NCBI GenBank assembly: GCA_008632985.1 | Contig: QPGO01000052.1 | Coordinates: 62,001-126,000, forward strand | Length of the DNA: 64,000 nt | Reading direction: 5' to 3' | From: Psammoneis japonica | Lineage: Eukaryota | Part shown: positions 24,941 to 38,924 of the stretch, piece after piece | Position numbering within the stretch: the first letter of the stretch is position 1 | Layout: every line of letters begins with the position of its first letter | Notes under the pieces: generated by a model | The model's database searches: none | What the model saw: the letters and a program-made list of their open reading frames with translations, nothing else | What the model was told of the DNA's origin: nothing | Translations under genes and position numbers: made by a program

Positions 24941-27749
24941 GAATCCAGTTGGGCTTCCTGTGCTGCTTTCTGCACTTGCCTGGGTTGCTTGCAGCAGCTG
25001 TGGGTTGCCCAGAAGTTGTTGACACAAAGAACTTCAAACTTGTGACACAACAGGCACCTGGAAACACCAAATGCACAATTGTGCAAACCAAATGATTCAC
25101 TCCAAAGAGTGAGATGAACTGAAAGGTGAGAGAGATTGGTGACAATGGAATCTTGATTGCAAAGAGTCATGAAATCTGCCATGACAGGAGCCAAAGTGTC
25201 TTTTCTTCAATGCACCTGGGTTTCTTGTGTTTCTCCTGTGTCTCATGTGATCTAGATGTTCCAACAGTTGAGCACCCACCTGTGACAGAGAGAGCCAAGA
25301 AGGTGCTTCCACCTCATGCACTGAGTTTGGTGATTAAAATGAAGGCAGTCCCACAAAAAAGCTGTCAGCTGTCAGAGGGACAGTTGCAGGGTTGCTTCCA
25401 AGTCTCAGCACAGCACTCTTCTGTGCAATGACTTTTGCCACATGAGCAGTGCACCTTCTTCCCTTCTTCATGCTCATGCTGCTCCATGCACAACCTTCTG
25501 TTGTTGTCCAGCATGGACAAAGCTTTGCTCCAAGCTCATCTTGGGGCTCAGACATGTGCAGCTTTGTCTTTGCTTGCTTGGCACACAACTTTGGAGGCCA
25601 GCCTCAAGCCTCAAATGAGCAACCCTTGTTGTGATGCAGGCTTGCTCACAGCACCCAGCTGGCACTCAATCCATTGCAAAGATGTCTGCTCAGTGGGTGT
25701 GCAAGTCATGTGGGCTTGCATGCAATGTGTGCATTTGTGCCATGCACCTCAACACCCTGGGATGGCCTTCATCACAAGGCATCTGACTGGTGACTGTGCC
25801 AGCTGTCAGCCAACACAGTGTGCACTGCAGCATGCTCTCTGTGACAAGAGCTGCAGAGCATTCTGAATGGGTGCAATTTGCTGTGCAGGCACATTGTGCA
25901 CACCTGCATGCGTGCCATTTGTGTCTGCTGTGTGCATTCTTGCACAGGCAACTCTGGCAGGGCTTGTGCACAGCAGTCACAGCCCGTGTTCTCCACCCTG
26001 TGCTTGGCAGTTTTTCTTTGCCCCTCCTGCCATTTAACAAGAAGTGCCACCAACTGCCCTGCTGCTGTGTGTTGGCATTCTTTGAACTTGGATGAGTTCT
26101 CCCACTTGTCATTTGATCCTCAGATGAGCTTCTTCTGCTTTCTGTGTGCTTCCACAGAGCAACATGGGGAATGTTCAAGACAGTGCTTCATGTCAGACTT
26201 GCTTGACCAGCCATTCATGTGCACTGCACAGCTTCTTGTGAGTGCAGCAAATGCAACTGCCAAGAGTGTGCCACTCCATTGATGGTTTTTGCACAACTCC
26301 ACATGTTCCAAGATGAAAATGATCACAAATTGTGTTTCTCCCTGTCCAGCTGTCTGGTGTGTGCACTCTAAAGTGGCCTGCAGACATTGTGCTTGCTCAT
26401 TGTGTTGGCTTCTTTTGAAAGCTGCAGTTGCCACACATCATTTGACCAAATTCAGCATCAACCTTAGCTCCTCTCTGCCAAAGACAACCTTTGTCAGACA
26501 CAAAGTGACATCTGCAAAGCCAGGTTTGCAAACAACAATGCCAGAGACAAGTTCAGCACTCTTGGTTGACTTTCCAACAGCTGTTTCAAAACCACCCAGC
26601 CAGTTGCTGGGTCAATCATCCAAAATGCAGCCAACAAGTGCAGTGCCTTTTTTGGTGGACAGATCATGTTGTTCTCCCCTTTCCCCTGTTGTGTCTGTGT
26701 GTGGGCTGGCTTGCAGCACCAGCCATGGCAGCCATCACACCACCATGATGCAACATGTTGTCCTGACATGGCAATGGTTGTTGATGTTGCTCAGCACCTT
26801 TGCTGCCATTTGCAGCTTTTGTTCCCACTCTGCTGCTCCACTTGCTTTCACATGATTGCTCCCAACACATCTCTGCAGAGGGGCTGTGACATGAGGAGCA
26901 GGCATCACCATTGCCTCAAGCCACATGGTGGCAATGCAAGACTCAGCATGGTTTTTCCCAACCATGTGTTCTCAGCACTGCAAATCAAAAGACACTGCAG
27001 CAAGTCAACACACAGAACAGGAGCAACAATGAAGGCAATGTTGAGCAGTCAAAAGTGTCCATGTCAGGCCATGTCCTGTTCAAACTTGCACTCCTCCACA
27101 TTCTGCAATTGCCATGTGCTCACAGCTGGTTGCACCCCAGGTGGGTTGAGAGCTGCAAGTTTTCAAACTCATGCAGAGCTTGCAAGGTGAGGGCCAAAGT
27201 GTGCTTTCTTTTTCTTTGTTCAACACATGTGGCTCTCCCCCCCTCAAGGCCTGCCTTCCATTTTTTCTCATGGTCAAAGTCATGTCTCATCAGGGACAAT
27301 GACCACACAAACATCTCCAACAGTGTTGGGCACCACAGGTGGCTGCACAATTCTTGTCCAAGAGAGGCTTGCTTGCTTGCTTTGACCAGCCTTCATCTGA
27401 GGCAAATGAGGAGTCAAGAGTGGGAAATTTGGCCAGTGCAGGAAAATGCAAAGGAAGTGCCACCAGCAGACCACCTGGCTTGGCTGATCACACCACATGG
27501 GAAACTTGCATCAATGCCATCACCAGGTGAAACAACTGAGGGCAGCAATGCCAGAGCTTCAGCTTGAGGTGAAGTTGCTCCAGCTTCTCCTCTTTGCTTG
27601 AGGCTTGTGCATTCAAAACAAAACCAAAATTCCATGTTTAAAGTGCTGCAACTCAGGCAACAAGCTAACCCTCACCCCCAGTGCGCCAATGGTGTGGCAG
27701 GAGCACACAAGTGACCAGCCAGAATCAGCATCACCTGAGGGTGATGCCA

Positions 27750-29790
27750 CACCAAAACAACTTGCAATGGTTCTCACACCTCTGGCAGCAAACTGTTTTG
27801 CTTTTTCAATGCTTGATTTGAACAGTGGACTGACCATGGCCAGCCAATTGTAGAGACAATGTGTTGAATGCTGTGTCAAATGTTCTTCTGCCAAATCCAA
27901 CAGATGCACCCTGTCTCTTGCCAGGCAATTGTCCAATCGCAAATGTGTGGCTTTCACCTCTGCTTTGGTGTCCCAATGCTGGGAGGACTTCCTTGTTTCT
28001 GCATCATGACTGTGGACTGCATCTTTGTGCTCATCCCATGACTCCCACCACTGCTCCTAAATGTGATTGCCATTTGCAGCTGCCCAATCCAATCAGGTTC
28101 TGACAAGTGCCACTTGCTAAAAGACATGAAGTTTGGGTCACATTCCACACTTTGGAGAAGTGTCCATTGAACAACTGTTGCCAGCCAATTTGCTCCTGAG
28201 ACTAGAAAACTGTCACCACGCTGTGATGCAGGTCCTCAAAATAAAACAACCCCTCTCAGAACCACAACTCCATGGCTGAAAGAATCTCAAATCACACAAG
28301 GACGGGGGTGCACAAATGTCGTCACACTTCTTGCACAGTCCTTGTAGAAATTTTTGATGCCAAACTTCATTTTGTGAACAACGGAGAATGTGGTCTCTGT
28401 CTTCCATTGGATCTTGACAATGTGTGCAACAATCAGGGCAAGTGGGGTTGTGTCAGTGGACAATTTTGTTCATTGGGAGAAGTTCCTGCACCAGCTTGAC
28501 TGCACTGACTTTCTTGCAAACATTTTGAGACATTGGTTTGGCATGCACTTCCCCATTGATTGACTTGCAGGTTTCATCAGACCAACTGTGCTTGTCTTTC
28601 ATGTGACAAACCAGAGCCTGACTGGATGCGTCGTCATGTTGGACAACCAGCTTGCACTTGGCTGACATTGTGGTGCCATCAACAATTGGGTTGGCATTGG
28701 AATGGGGCATGCAAGGTGCAAAAAGAATGTCACCAGAGAAATGACCCTGGCATTGTCCTCCCAGCCTGTTGGCTCTGACACTCAACTGAGCTGCCAAGGG
28801 TGTGGAATCTGTGGGTGTCATGTTGTCTTGGTGTCCCTTGACCCAGTGGACAGAGACTTTGGTGCCATGCTGCTTGTTGTGAGACATTTCAAAAATTTGT
28901 TGCATGGAATGAAAAATTTCATGTGACATGCCCCAATCTGCTGAAAGAGTGTTGGCAATGTGATGTCACTGTGATGACAGTCCCTGGCACCTTGAATTGC
29001 CTCATCATCTGTCGGACAAGGGGAAACCTGGAAATTGGAAACATTGTGCACAAGTGAGGAATTGCCACAGTGCATGTTGATGCCTTTTGCAAGTGTTTTG
29101 CAACAACAACATTTCAGCAATTGAAACAGGAAACAGAGGAAAGACAACATTCCATGCACTTTGGCTTGGTAAGATGATGGACAAAAACTGAAAACCAGGC
29201 CGGCACAATCCACATGAGGAGTGCCATCAACTGCAAGTGTCCAACCAAATGCACCCCAAAAATTAAGAACTGATCCATCACTGCCCACTGAGGCATGATG
29301 ATGAACAAGCAGGTCTGCAATCTCAAACACAGATGTGTGCAAGGTCAGATCATCAAACAAGAAGGACTCTCACTTGGGGAGAGATTGCAACATTGCCACA
29401 AAGTTGTTGGGAGCCAGAGGAGCGGACAGCAGGGGGGAATCAATGCACTTGGGGAAGTGGTTCTACAACAACCAGTGTGGGTGGCATGCACCAATGCTGG
29501 GGAAGCTGCGGGGGGAATTTTGGGGACTGTCTCCAAAGCACCTGCTGATGCAGCACATCCATCAATCACTGGAAATGTCTGAAAACCAGAATCTGCACAA
29601 ATGCAGAGGCAGTCTTCTGATGGCTTGTCATGTGCTGTGTGGGGCATGTGCATCTTGGGTGCCGGTGCCACCCACTGCCCTGGCAGATGGTGCAATTCCA
29701 GTGAATCATCTTTGCAGAAAAGGAAACATGCATGGTGCCACAGCTTCCAGGCTCCAGCAGACGGGCAGGACTGTCAGGCAGGATTCAAAG
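27750..29790 (-). mobile_element. Decayed LINE-like retrotransposon 3' half (RNase H plus C-terminal Cys/His knuckle)
   Basis: VGSDGSV..WGAFGW, PSSYQAKVHGMLS, MHCGNSSLV, HWVKGHQD, EDRDHILRC and the NWL..AARGVRTIASCF tail. Confidence 0.75.
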
Positions 29791-29829
29791 TCTGACGGCT
29801 GCTGAGAAGAGAGTGTTGACCATCAACTC

Positions 29830-30230
29830 AAGCTGGTGTGCACTCAGTCTTGCTGACCCCAAACTCACTGTGTGGCTTGCAAACACATTTCCAATGCCAT
29901 CAACCACTGTCATTGTGTTGTCAACCAGGTGCAAGAAGTTAAAAGGTGAGTGCAAGACCCACAACTCAACCCAAGCTGCAAATGCAAATTTGCCACATTG
30001 TCCACAATTGTCAGTGCATTTCACACCACAACATTGTCTGTCCTGCAAAAACTGCTTCTGGGCCCAATGTTCCAACACACTCCTTTGAACAATGACCCAT
30101 CAATTGATTGGCCTCATGTGCATCAAGCATGAAAGGATGACACTTGGAAACTGTGCCATCCATCACAACTGCTCAACTGACTCCCATGGCCTGCATCATC
30201 TGACTCCACCAACAAATGACAGGGGTTCAA
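29830..30230. repeat. Dispersed LTR-like repeat, copy 1 (related to 32835-33200 and 34465-34635)
   Basis: Shared tracts gtcttgc..acccc.aa.tca.tg, gcaag...caactcaa and cttggaaac..tgcca..catctgactc..ccaacaaatga. Confidence 0.6.
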
Positions 30231-32834
30231 ATGTTGGGGCTTGCACTGTGCAGTGCATGTTGGCCTTTTGTCTGATGATTGTTTTGCTTTTTGGGGTCCA
30301 ACACATGCCAGGAGACTTCTAACTGTGCACACATTTTGCACACAGAGAGTTTGGGTTGACAAGTGTTTGAAAGGTGGCAGTGGTGGCAGCTCAGCAGAAT
30401 AGAAAAAATTGCCAGCACCCATTTGCCAGGGGAGTTGGTCATTGTCCAACCAAAAATGACCAAGGCAGCTTGACACTTGTCAGCCAGGCTGTTTTCCTTT
30501 GCAAACAAGGCAACCTGGCACTGGTTTTTGTGGTGTGCTCATGTCCACTCTGTGGGGGCTTGTTCGTGCAAAAGCCACTTGCACAGACACCGTCACTGCT
30601 CATTCAAGAAAGCAGTCAGTTCCCCAAGCCCAGCTTGCATTGCCCCCCACTGCCCATCTGCACCTCCAGCAGGGAGCAGAAAAAGGGAAAACACAGACAG
30701 TCATGTAGAAACTTTGGCCAATTCCACACTGGCCATGAACGCAAAAAGGGATTTTTTGTTTTTTGCACTCTTTTTTTCTCACAACTGCGGCCTTGATTGC
30801 ACAAAGCATTTTGCCCAGTCTTTTGTGAAAAAGCAATGCAGGTGTTGCTCATCAGGGAAAGCCAAGTGTGCCTCTCCAGCCTTGAGCTCATGTCACTCTC
30901 TCATGCTGTCTCTCCTTGTGGAGTGCTGGAAGCTGCTCCTGCTTGCTTCTTTTCTGGCCAAGGCCATTGCTTGTGAGACAGAGACAGCAGGTGATTGTTT
31001 GCAAAGCACCAAGAGCACATGTGGCTGCCAGCATGGTTGCAGTCAACTTGACATGTCAGCAGAGAGTTGCTGGCTCAGCACTCAAAGAGCAGATCTGCTG
31101 TTTACATCTAGGTCGGTGTGAAGCTCAAGAGAAGCTCACAAAAAATCAGCAATCTCAAATTTTGGTGTGAAATTTGCAAAACTCATGAAACTTGAGAAAC
31201 TTGCTTGGCAAAAAATTGAAGAAAATCCAGCTTCATGTTCCACACCACAAGAATCTCAAGTTTTTTGTGAAGTTCAAGAAATCTGACAAACTCTCCAACA
31301 AAACTGAGTTGGTTGGGGTGGAAACCCACTGGAAACTCAGAGGCTTGGAATGAAGCTTGAGTGTTTGGTGTTGCAAAACTCAAAAAGATTGCAAAACTTG
31401 AGAAACTTCTTGGCTCGGTGCTTGAATGCCAAGACAACACATTTCTAGCCAGGCAGCTGCACCTTTGTTTCATCATCCATTTTGAGTGCTGAGCCAATGT
31501 GGCCAGGGAGGGTGTGACTGCAATCTTGAAAGTCAAGAATGTTGGAGAAAAACATCCCCAACAGATTGATTTTTTCCTGCCACTGTGGTTGGGGGGTTGC
31601 AAATGGGGAGCAGAGCTCTCGGCAAAATGCCAGTTTGGGGCAACATTGAAAGTTTGAAATGACATTGAAAGCAAGTGCGGCTGAGCTTGTTTCCATCTAA
31701 AATGTCAATCTGTGAAGGTGGGGCTGAGCCAATTTGTGATTGGCTGGCAACGAAGCAATGTCACTTGGAGCTGAAAAAAAAACTCTTCCTCTGGCGGAAT
31801 CTTGCATCAGCTCTCACTCTCTGTTTTGGATGCACTGTTCATCAAGAAACTTGGCTCTTTGACAGGTTTGTCAAAGAGGCCATTTTTCAACACACAGCAC
31901 TTGACACTGGAAGAGAAGCCCACACATGCATGGCCATGTTCACCCACTGCTTTTTTCCTGTCCCATGACAACAAAGCTGCTAGGAGGTCCTCCATCAAAG
32001 CTGCTCATTGGAGCTTGCTTTCACACAGTCTTTGTGCCCACAATTGCAGCTTCAGCCTTTTTCTGGATCAGATTCTGTGGGTCTTTTGAAAAGCCTTGCA
32101 GAGCACACTGGCCCTTTCTTTGCAGCTCATGCCCCACCAGTTGCTCCAGTGACTTGATTGGCATCCATCTTTTTCAACAAAACTGTCACTGCATTGGAGC
32201 AGGGACAATGCCCCCATGCTGTCAGTGAGCTTGGCCAGTGCAGTGTGCAGAGTGCGCCAGCAATTTTCCTTGACCACATCAGATTTTCAAGGGTGTCTCT
32301 GTGCAAGCACAAGCCAAAAATTCAGCAGAGAGTGCACCAGCCCTATTTTCAACAAGGAGGGCCAGTTTTGCACCAAGGTTTCTTTCAAAAGTTAGGCTGC
32401 CTCACATCACAGAAAGGGCCAGGCCAGTGCAAGCAAAATTGGCTTGGTCCAAGGTTTGTTTTGTTGCAAGGGCATTGACACACCACACAGGCTGGGGTTG
32501 TTGATGTCCTGCTGCCTCACCCATGTCAGTTGTGTGGCATGTGTGGAATTTTGGGGTGATGTCACAGGTTGAGCCTCTGATGTGCTCTCCTGCAGCCCCC
32601 CCCCACCCAGAGCTCTCTCCTCTCTCTCTCACCACCTTGTCAACGCACAACTCGTCTTCATGTGTGAAGTGAGTGTGTGATGTGGCATGTGTCTGTGACA
32701 CTTGGGCACCCAAAAGACACTGTGTGGTGTGCGTGCATTGCTTGCTTTTTGCCCATTGTGGCTGAGCCAAATTTGAGCTTCAGTTTTTCTTGCACATTTT
32801 GTTGGAGCTTTGCTCATGGCTTGGCCCCGCCAAC

Positions 32835-34635
32835 TGGCACACATTCAGTCTTGCCAACCCCAAAATCAACTGTTGCTGTGTTCACTGGGTGAAAAACTGG
32901 GGTGCAAGCACAAGAACTGCAACTCAACCTGAGTTGCAAATGCAAACTTGCCATGTCTTTCACAACAGTCACTGCATCTTACACTGCAACATTGTCTCCT
33001 GTTTGTCCTGTGAAAGCTGCCTCTGCCCCTCCCCAATCTTCAAACACCCTCCTTCACACAAGAGCTGTCAAGTGATTGGCCTCACATGCTTTGAGCATGA
33101 GAGAATAATGCTTGGAAACCATGCCACCCAACACACCACTTAAATTGCTCCACCAACTCCCACAGCCCATGTCATCTGACTCTGCTGCCAACAAATGATC
33201 ATTGTCAGGACAATCCTTGTTCAAATGTCCAATCTTGTTGCATTTTCAGCATTTCTTCTGCTTCTTCTCATTCCATGCAAACTTGCTCCTGCAAGCTTCT
33301 TGTTGGTGGTCCTGCATGTGCCAAACACCTGTGATGCCTCCTCAGCCACATTGGGGTCATTGTCAACCCCCAGTGTGAGCTGCCAATGCAGGTCTTTTAA
33401 GACATGCCAACATTTTTGGTTGCCCTCTGTTGGCATTGCTGCCAAAACTTGTTTTTTCCTTTGTTCCGGGTGTCATCAGCATCCTTGCTAAACCCATCTT
33501 TTCTTTCTTGGCAATCTCTTTTGGGATGATCCCACCACAGGACATTTTCACCACCTTGACAACACTCATGAACCAACCACAACAGTCTTGAAGTGCCTTT
33601 CCTTTGTCTTGACAAAGAAGCACCAACTGCTTGAAGCCTTGACCACCTGGACATGCCGGCTCACATTCTCATTTGCACTGAACAAGATCAACACTTGAGA
33701 ATTTCCAACAGTGTTGCCATGTCCTGCTCCTCCATGAATCTTGTGAACTCTGTCACTTTTTCAACATTGTGATGAATGGCTTTTGCACATTGTCCTACAA
33801 TGGCATTGAATGCCTTTGCCTTCTGCATCTTGTGGGTCAAGCTCTGTTTTAAATGGTGGCCACATTGCTTGCCCTGTGTTGCCTTGTCTTCTTGCTTCTC
33901 CAATGCAGCATCTCCCAATGCACACTCCCACCCTTTTGGTGTGCTCTCCTGCCTCAAAAATGCCAGCACCTGCATCTCTGGCTCAAACATTCTTCTGGCA
34001 TGTCCTCTGATCTTCCTCATGGTTTTCTTGCAACCATCTGCCTGTGCATCATCCTGACTCAGCAATGACTGGTGTCACGCACCCACTCCTTCAACTCTTT
34101 TGTGCTTCTGCACTCAGCTGCATCCTTGCCCATGTTTTCTGGACCAATGTTGGAGCTTCACAGCTTGCTGACTGTCATGCACTTAGTCTCACTGACCCTT
34201 GCACAGCCTTGCCACACCCTCTTTCAGCAGACCCTTGACAGCTTTCTGACAACAACAACCTCCCCACAGAGGTCATTGTGTTTCTTTGTTCTTTGCCCTC
34301 ATCTTGCCTCCAGCTTGTTTGTTGCAATCCACCAACATGAGATCCTTTGGATTCCTGATGACTTCCTGGCCTTTTTCTTTGAACAATGACACTCTTTTGA
34401 GTGTTGTTGTGCCATGACTTTTTTGGCTTCTGTGTGTTGGGGCTTTGCTGCTTGCCAACTGGCTGGTGTGCATTTGGTCTTGCCAACCCAAACTCACTGT
34501 GTGGCTTGCAACACATTTCCAATGATGCTGTCAACTGCCATTGCCATGTTGGCTGGGTGCAGAAGCTAAAAAGTTGAGCAGCAGCTAAAATGTGAGCACA
34601 AGACCCGCAACTCAATTCAAGTTGTGATTGCAACA
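32835..34635 (-). mobile_element. Short decayed LTR-type element: gag-like remnant (~33220-34100) between two related repeats
   Basis: KAKAFNAIVGQCAKAIHHNVE..DMATLLEIL and LQDCCGWFMSVVKVV resemble copia gag. The flanks at 32835-33200 and 34465-34635 are related to each other. Confidence 0.5.
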
Positions 34636-34868
34636 CAAAAACTGTCTCTCTGATCCTGATGTTTCAACAGCCAGGAGCAACAATGTGCTGCTCAGCCCCC
34701 GACAAACAATTTTTCAGTGACCTGTCTCCTGCAAAACACAAAAATGGAGGAGCACAATTGTTGCTGAAAAAACCAGTGCCCACTGGAGAATGTGATTTCT
34801 TGGCTTGCTGGAGCTGCATGTGCTCTTCCCTTTCTAGCAGCCATGCCAGCCAGCAAGATTGTAAGTCA

Positions 34869-35063
34869 CCTGTGTGGCTCATTTTGTCCTCATTTTGAAC
34901 TCTTGCTAAGAACAGCTTCATTTGTTTTTTTCCCTCTACATTTCAGATCTCTGCCTTTGTTTAAGTTGCCTGTGTGGCTCATTTTGTCCTCATGGAAGAC
35001 CCCTCAAGAACAGCTTCACCACTTGTTTCCTTTTCCTTCCATTTTGTCAGATCTCTGCCTTTG
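34869..35063. repeat. Direct repeat, 2 x ~100 bp
   Basis: cctgtgtggctcattttgtcctcat...aagaacagcttca...cagatctctgcctttg occurs twice. Confidence 0.8.
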
Positions 35064-35628
35064 CTTTGGTGTGTCTCTGCTGCACCTGTCTTTTTTTCCT
35101 GCTGGGCACTGCACAACTCATGCTGATCTAACATCCACCAACAACAATGGCGTGCCCCTGTCACAATCCACTTTGTGTTGTCCTGGTTGGGTGTGTGACA
35201 ATGACAACAACAACAACAAGCATGCTCTCCATGGACATTTTCAAAGGCATCTGCACCGCTCTTCTTTCTCCATTTTGGCCTGATCCCTGACAATGATTTT
35301 GGGAAGCACACCCCCAGTGCTGCAGGAAGAGAAGCACTGGGAACACAGCAGCAAGAGCAGCTTAGATTTAAACTTGCCAAGGCATGGGGTCTTTGCATCT
35401 CATGAAGCAAGCAATGCTGCCACTGATTGGAAAGCCACTGCCAGATGACAGAGACTGGGAAGATTGCTCCATCTTCTTCCCTGTCACCATCACCACAAAT
35501 GAAGGCAATGGTCAGAGTTCATCAGCCACACATCCTCAGTTCCAAGGGGTTCATTCTGGCATTGAGTTTAATGACATGTCTTGGTGTCTTCTCCAATTGG
35601 AGCAACAGGCTTGCTGGGTGGATGGTGC

Positions 35629-36680
35629 ATGACTCCATTGGGTCCCAGAGGATGCAATGACAACAATGGTTGGGGAGCAAAGGCCTTGTCTTTTGTCAAC
35701 ACAGCACCCTGTCTCTTTGACATGACTGGGTTTTTTGGCCCAGCCACCCCACCTGCAAGGACAAGAAGACCATCTGTGTGACGACAGTGCAAGTGCTCCA
35801 TTGTCTTGGGATGGCACTGGATGACTCCATTGGGTCCCAGAGGATGCAATGAGAACAATGGTCAGGGAGCAAAGGCCTTGTCTTTTGTCAACACAGCACC
35901 CTGTCTCTTTGACATGACTGGGTTCTTTGGCCCAGCCACCCCACCTGCAAGCACAAGAAGACCATCTGTGTGACCACAGTGCAAGTGCTCCATTGTCTTG
36001 GGATGGCATTGGATGACTCCATTGGGTCCCAGAGGTGCAATGACAGAAATGGTTGGGAAGCAAAGGCCTTGTCTTGTGTCAACACAGCACCCCATCTCTT
36101 TGTTAATGTGGCTGGGTTCTTTGGCCCAGCCAGCCCACCTGACTGGGTTTGGCCCAGCCAAGAAACAATTTGCAAGATGGACAAAAGAGCCATCTGTGTG
36201 ACAGCACAAGAGCACTCCTCAGTTGTCTTGGGCTGGCTTTTGGTGACTCCATTGGAACCCAGAGGAGCCAACAACAACAATGGCTGGGAAGAAAAAGCCT
36301 TGTCTTGTGTCAATGCAGCACCTTGTCTCTCTCTGACATGACTGGGTTTGGCCCAGCCAAGAACCAATTTGCAAGAAAGACAAGGGAACCATCTGTGTGA
36401 GACAGCACAAGCACTCAGTTGTCTTGGGATGGACACAAAAGACTTTGTTTGGTCCCTGAGGAGGCAAGAACAACAATGGCTGGGAAGGAAAAGCCTGGTC
36501 TTGAGCCAACGCAGCTTCTTTTCTGTCTGATGAGATTGGCTTGCTCCTTTGGCCCAGTCACCTCACTTGCAGAAACAACAAGGGAGCTTTCTGCACCGTG
36601 TTGTGGTGCAAGTGCACAGTTGTCTTTGGATGGCCTTGGGTGCCTCCATTGCATCCCAGAGGAGCCAGCAACAACCAGGA
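35629..36680. repeat. Tandem array of ~192-230 bp units, 5-6 copies, progressively diverging
   Basis: Unit starts (a/g)tgactccattggg..ccagagg at 35629, 35821, 36013 and 36243, with more degenerate starts at ~36440 and ~36640. Confidence 0.9.
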
Positions 36681-38174
36681 CTGGGAGTCACTGAATGGAA
36701 ATTTACAGTGTTGCCTGTCTCTTGTTTGGACCATGAAAAGCAAGAGAGAACAGAAGAGCAAGATCCGCCTTTAAGTTGCCCACTTTCTTCACAAGGTTGG
36801 TCTCCAAAGTTGTTGCATTTCACTGGCATGAAGGAACTGTTTCTGAGCTTTCTGGAGAGAGGTGATTGTCTTGTTGGCAGTGGCAATTTTTGAACACACC
36901 AAATGGCAAAAAGGTGTTGACTGAGGTCATGGAGCTGGGAGTGTGCAGCGTGAGTGTCAAAAATTTGAATCTTGACAAGAACACATCAATTTGATGAAAT
37001 CAAACTTTTTGAATGCATGTGTGACACCAACAACTGAATGATTCATTGAGGTGGTTTCAAATCATAAAGAGATGCCAACAGGAATCAACCAATGACCAGG
37101 CTTGCATTTTGGCCAAAAACACGAATTGTTGCTCCCTCACAAGACACAAAAGATGCAAACTCATGTCGCATCTAATGTCTGACAATGAGAGCAGTGGGGA
37201 CAGGCAGTGGCATTGCAGATGAGACAGAATAAAATGCAGGACACAAGGTGAGAAAACAAGTGGCAAATGCATGGAGATCGGGTGCACAATGCAAATGACT
37301 GACACTTGCACACATCTTTGCACACAGACATCTGGGCAGGCAACCTGAGCTGCAACAGAAGATGGGCAACAGGGAAGGGCACAAAGGTGAGCAGAAGCAG
37401 CACATGAGATGAGATTGTAAGAAAAACAAGACATGCACAAAACCTGATCATTGGCACAAAGTTTTCTCTTTTTGCAGACAAAGCCTTGGCCTGCCAAACA
37501 GAAGGAACGCAAGGCACATCATTGCAGAGCAATGTCATTGCCTGGTGCAAAGAATGATCATGGAGAGAGCAAGAGTGGCTGCAAAGGAGAATGCAAGGGC
37601 AGAACATCACATCCGTTGGATGGGAACTGTGAAGGACAACAGGAACTGGCAGAATGAAGGAGAAAAGAAGAACGGGAGAAAAGGAGCATTGTTTTCTCTG
37701 TGCAGGAGTGCAGAAATTTGCAAATCAGATGACAAGCAGCACACAGCTGATGTGCAATCAGGTTGACAAGACGATTGAACATCATCATTGTCAGAAATGA
37801 ACAATGTCAGAAACTTGCTGTGAACACACAGTTGCTGAGAGGAAAAAAAAAGCAAGTGACAAGTTTCATCAAGTGTCATTTCCTGCTTGGAAGGACAGTT
37901 CAATCATGGACAGATGCAAACATGATGTCAAAACAAGCAGATGTGAAAAATTGACAAGAGTGTGTGTGTGCAATGCAACTGATTTACATTGAGCATTAAA
38001 TCCTGCTTGGAAGGTTCAAATGACAACTGAGCTCCCTTCATTGATGATTGTCAAGGACTTGTCAAGAACACACAATTCTGAACAAGAGAACATGAATTCT
38101 GAACAAAAGCAAATGCATTTTCCAGATGCACTTGCCGGCTCCTGTTGCATCAGCATTTCTTGCATTGCAACAGG

Positions 38175-38922
38175 TGTGACCAATGGTCACAAACAGAATC
38201 TGCGTTGTTGTTTTTGTTGTCTGCAGGATGGAATCTGGTGGAATGTCAAACAAGTGGGCAAGCACACATCACAATGCTGTTGTTCTGTTATGTTGGATTG
38301 TCCTTTTTTGCATTTCATGTCCCCTCAGCTAACCCTTGCTTTTTGTTCTACTGTTTTCCAGCTTTTCAGTGCAAAATCGTGGCAGGTTGTGGCGTGGGCA
38401 TGATGGACATGGACAATGGCAAGCACATCTGTGCTTGCCTTCAATTCTCTTGACACTGCCATGGAGGGTGCTGATTTGCTAGAGTCCTGAGTGGCTCCCA
38501 CAGCTGTTGTTTTACCTCCAGCACCAACAGAAATTGTGGCTGTTTCAACTGTTGTTTCTTGTGCTTGTCCAATCAAAGAAAACAAGGTGAGCATCCACTG
38601 ATTTCATTTGCACCCATCTGCAGGAGACCAGCCCTCTGCTCATTGTCTGCTGAAAACCTTTCTCTCTCTTGTTCATTTGCACAAGCTCACGCGCACCACA
38701 AAAAGAACATGTCCTGCATCATGGTCCTCTCTCAGAGTGTCTTGATAAGAAAGTTGTGGTGAGGGAGATGTCTGGGCAGACGAGGCTCTCTCAGCCAACA
38801 AGAACAAAAGTGTTGAGCACAAGACTGCCAATGCAATTTAAGGGTGTTGCTGTCAACATGTCCAAAACACATGTTGAGCACAACAAAGTGCAACAACCAC
38901 CAGTTTGAAATTGGCAATGTGC
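38175..38922. repeat. Dispersed ~750 bp repeat, copy 1 (copy 2 at 60460-61219, same orientation)
   Basis: Colinear matches from ctgcaggatggaatctggtgga..gtcaaacaa to aaattggcaatgtgca. Confidence 0.9.
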
Positions 38923-38924
38923 AT

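Noticed and set aside
25400..27600. Possible copia integrase/RT-linker remnants (LLVKW motif at ~26040)
   Set aside because: The region is too degraded to assign confidently, so it is left as part of block B.
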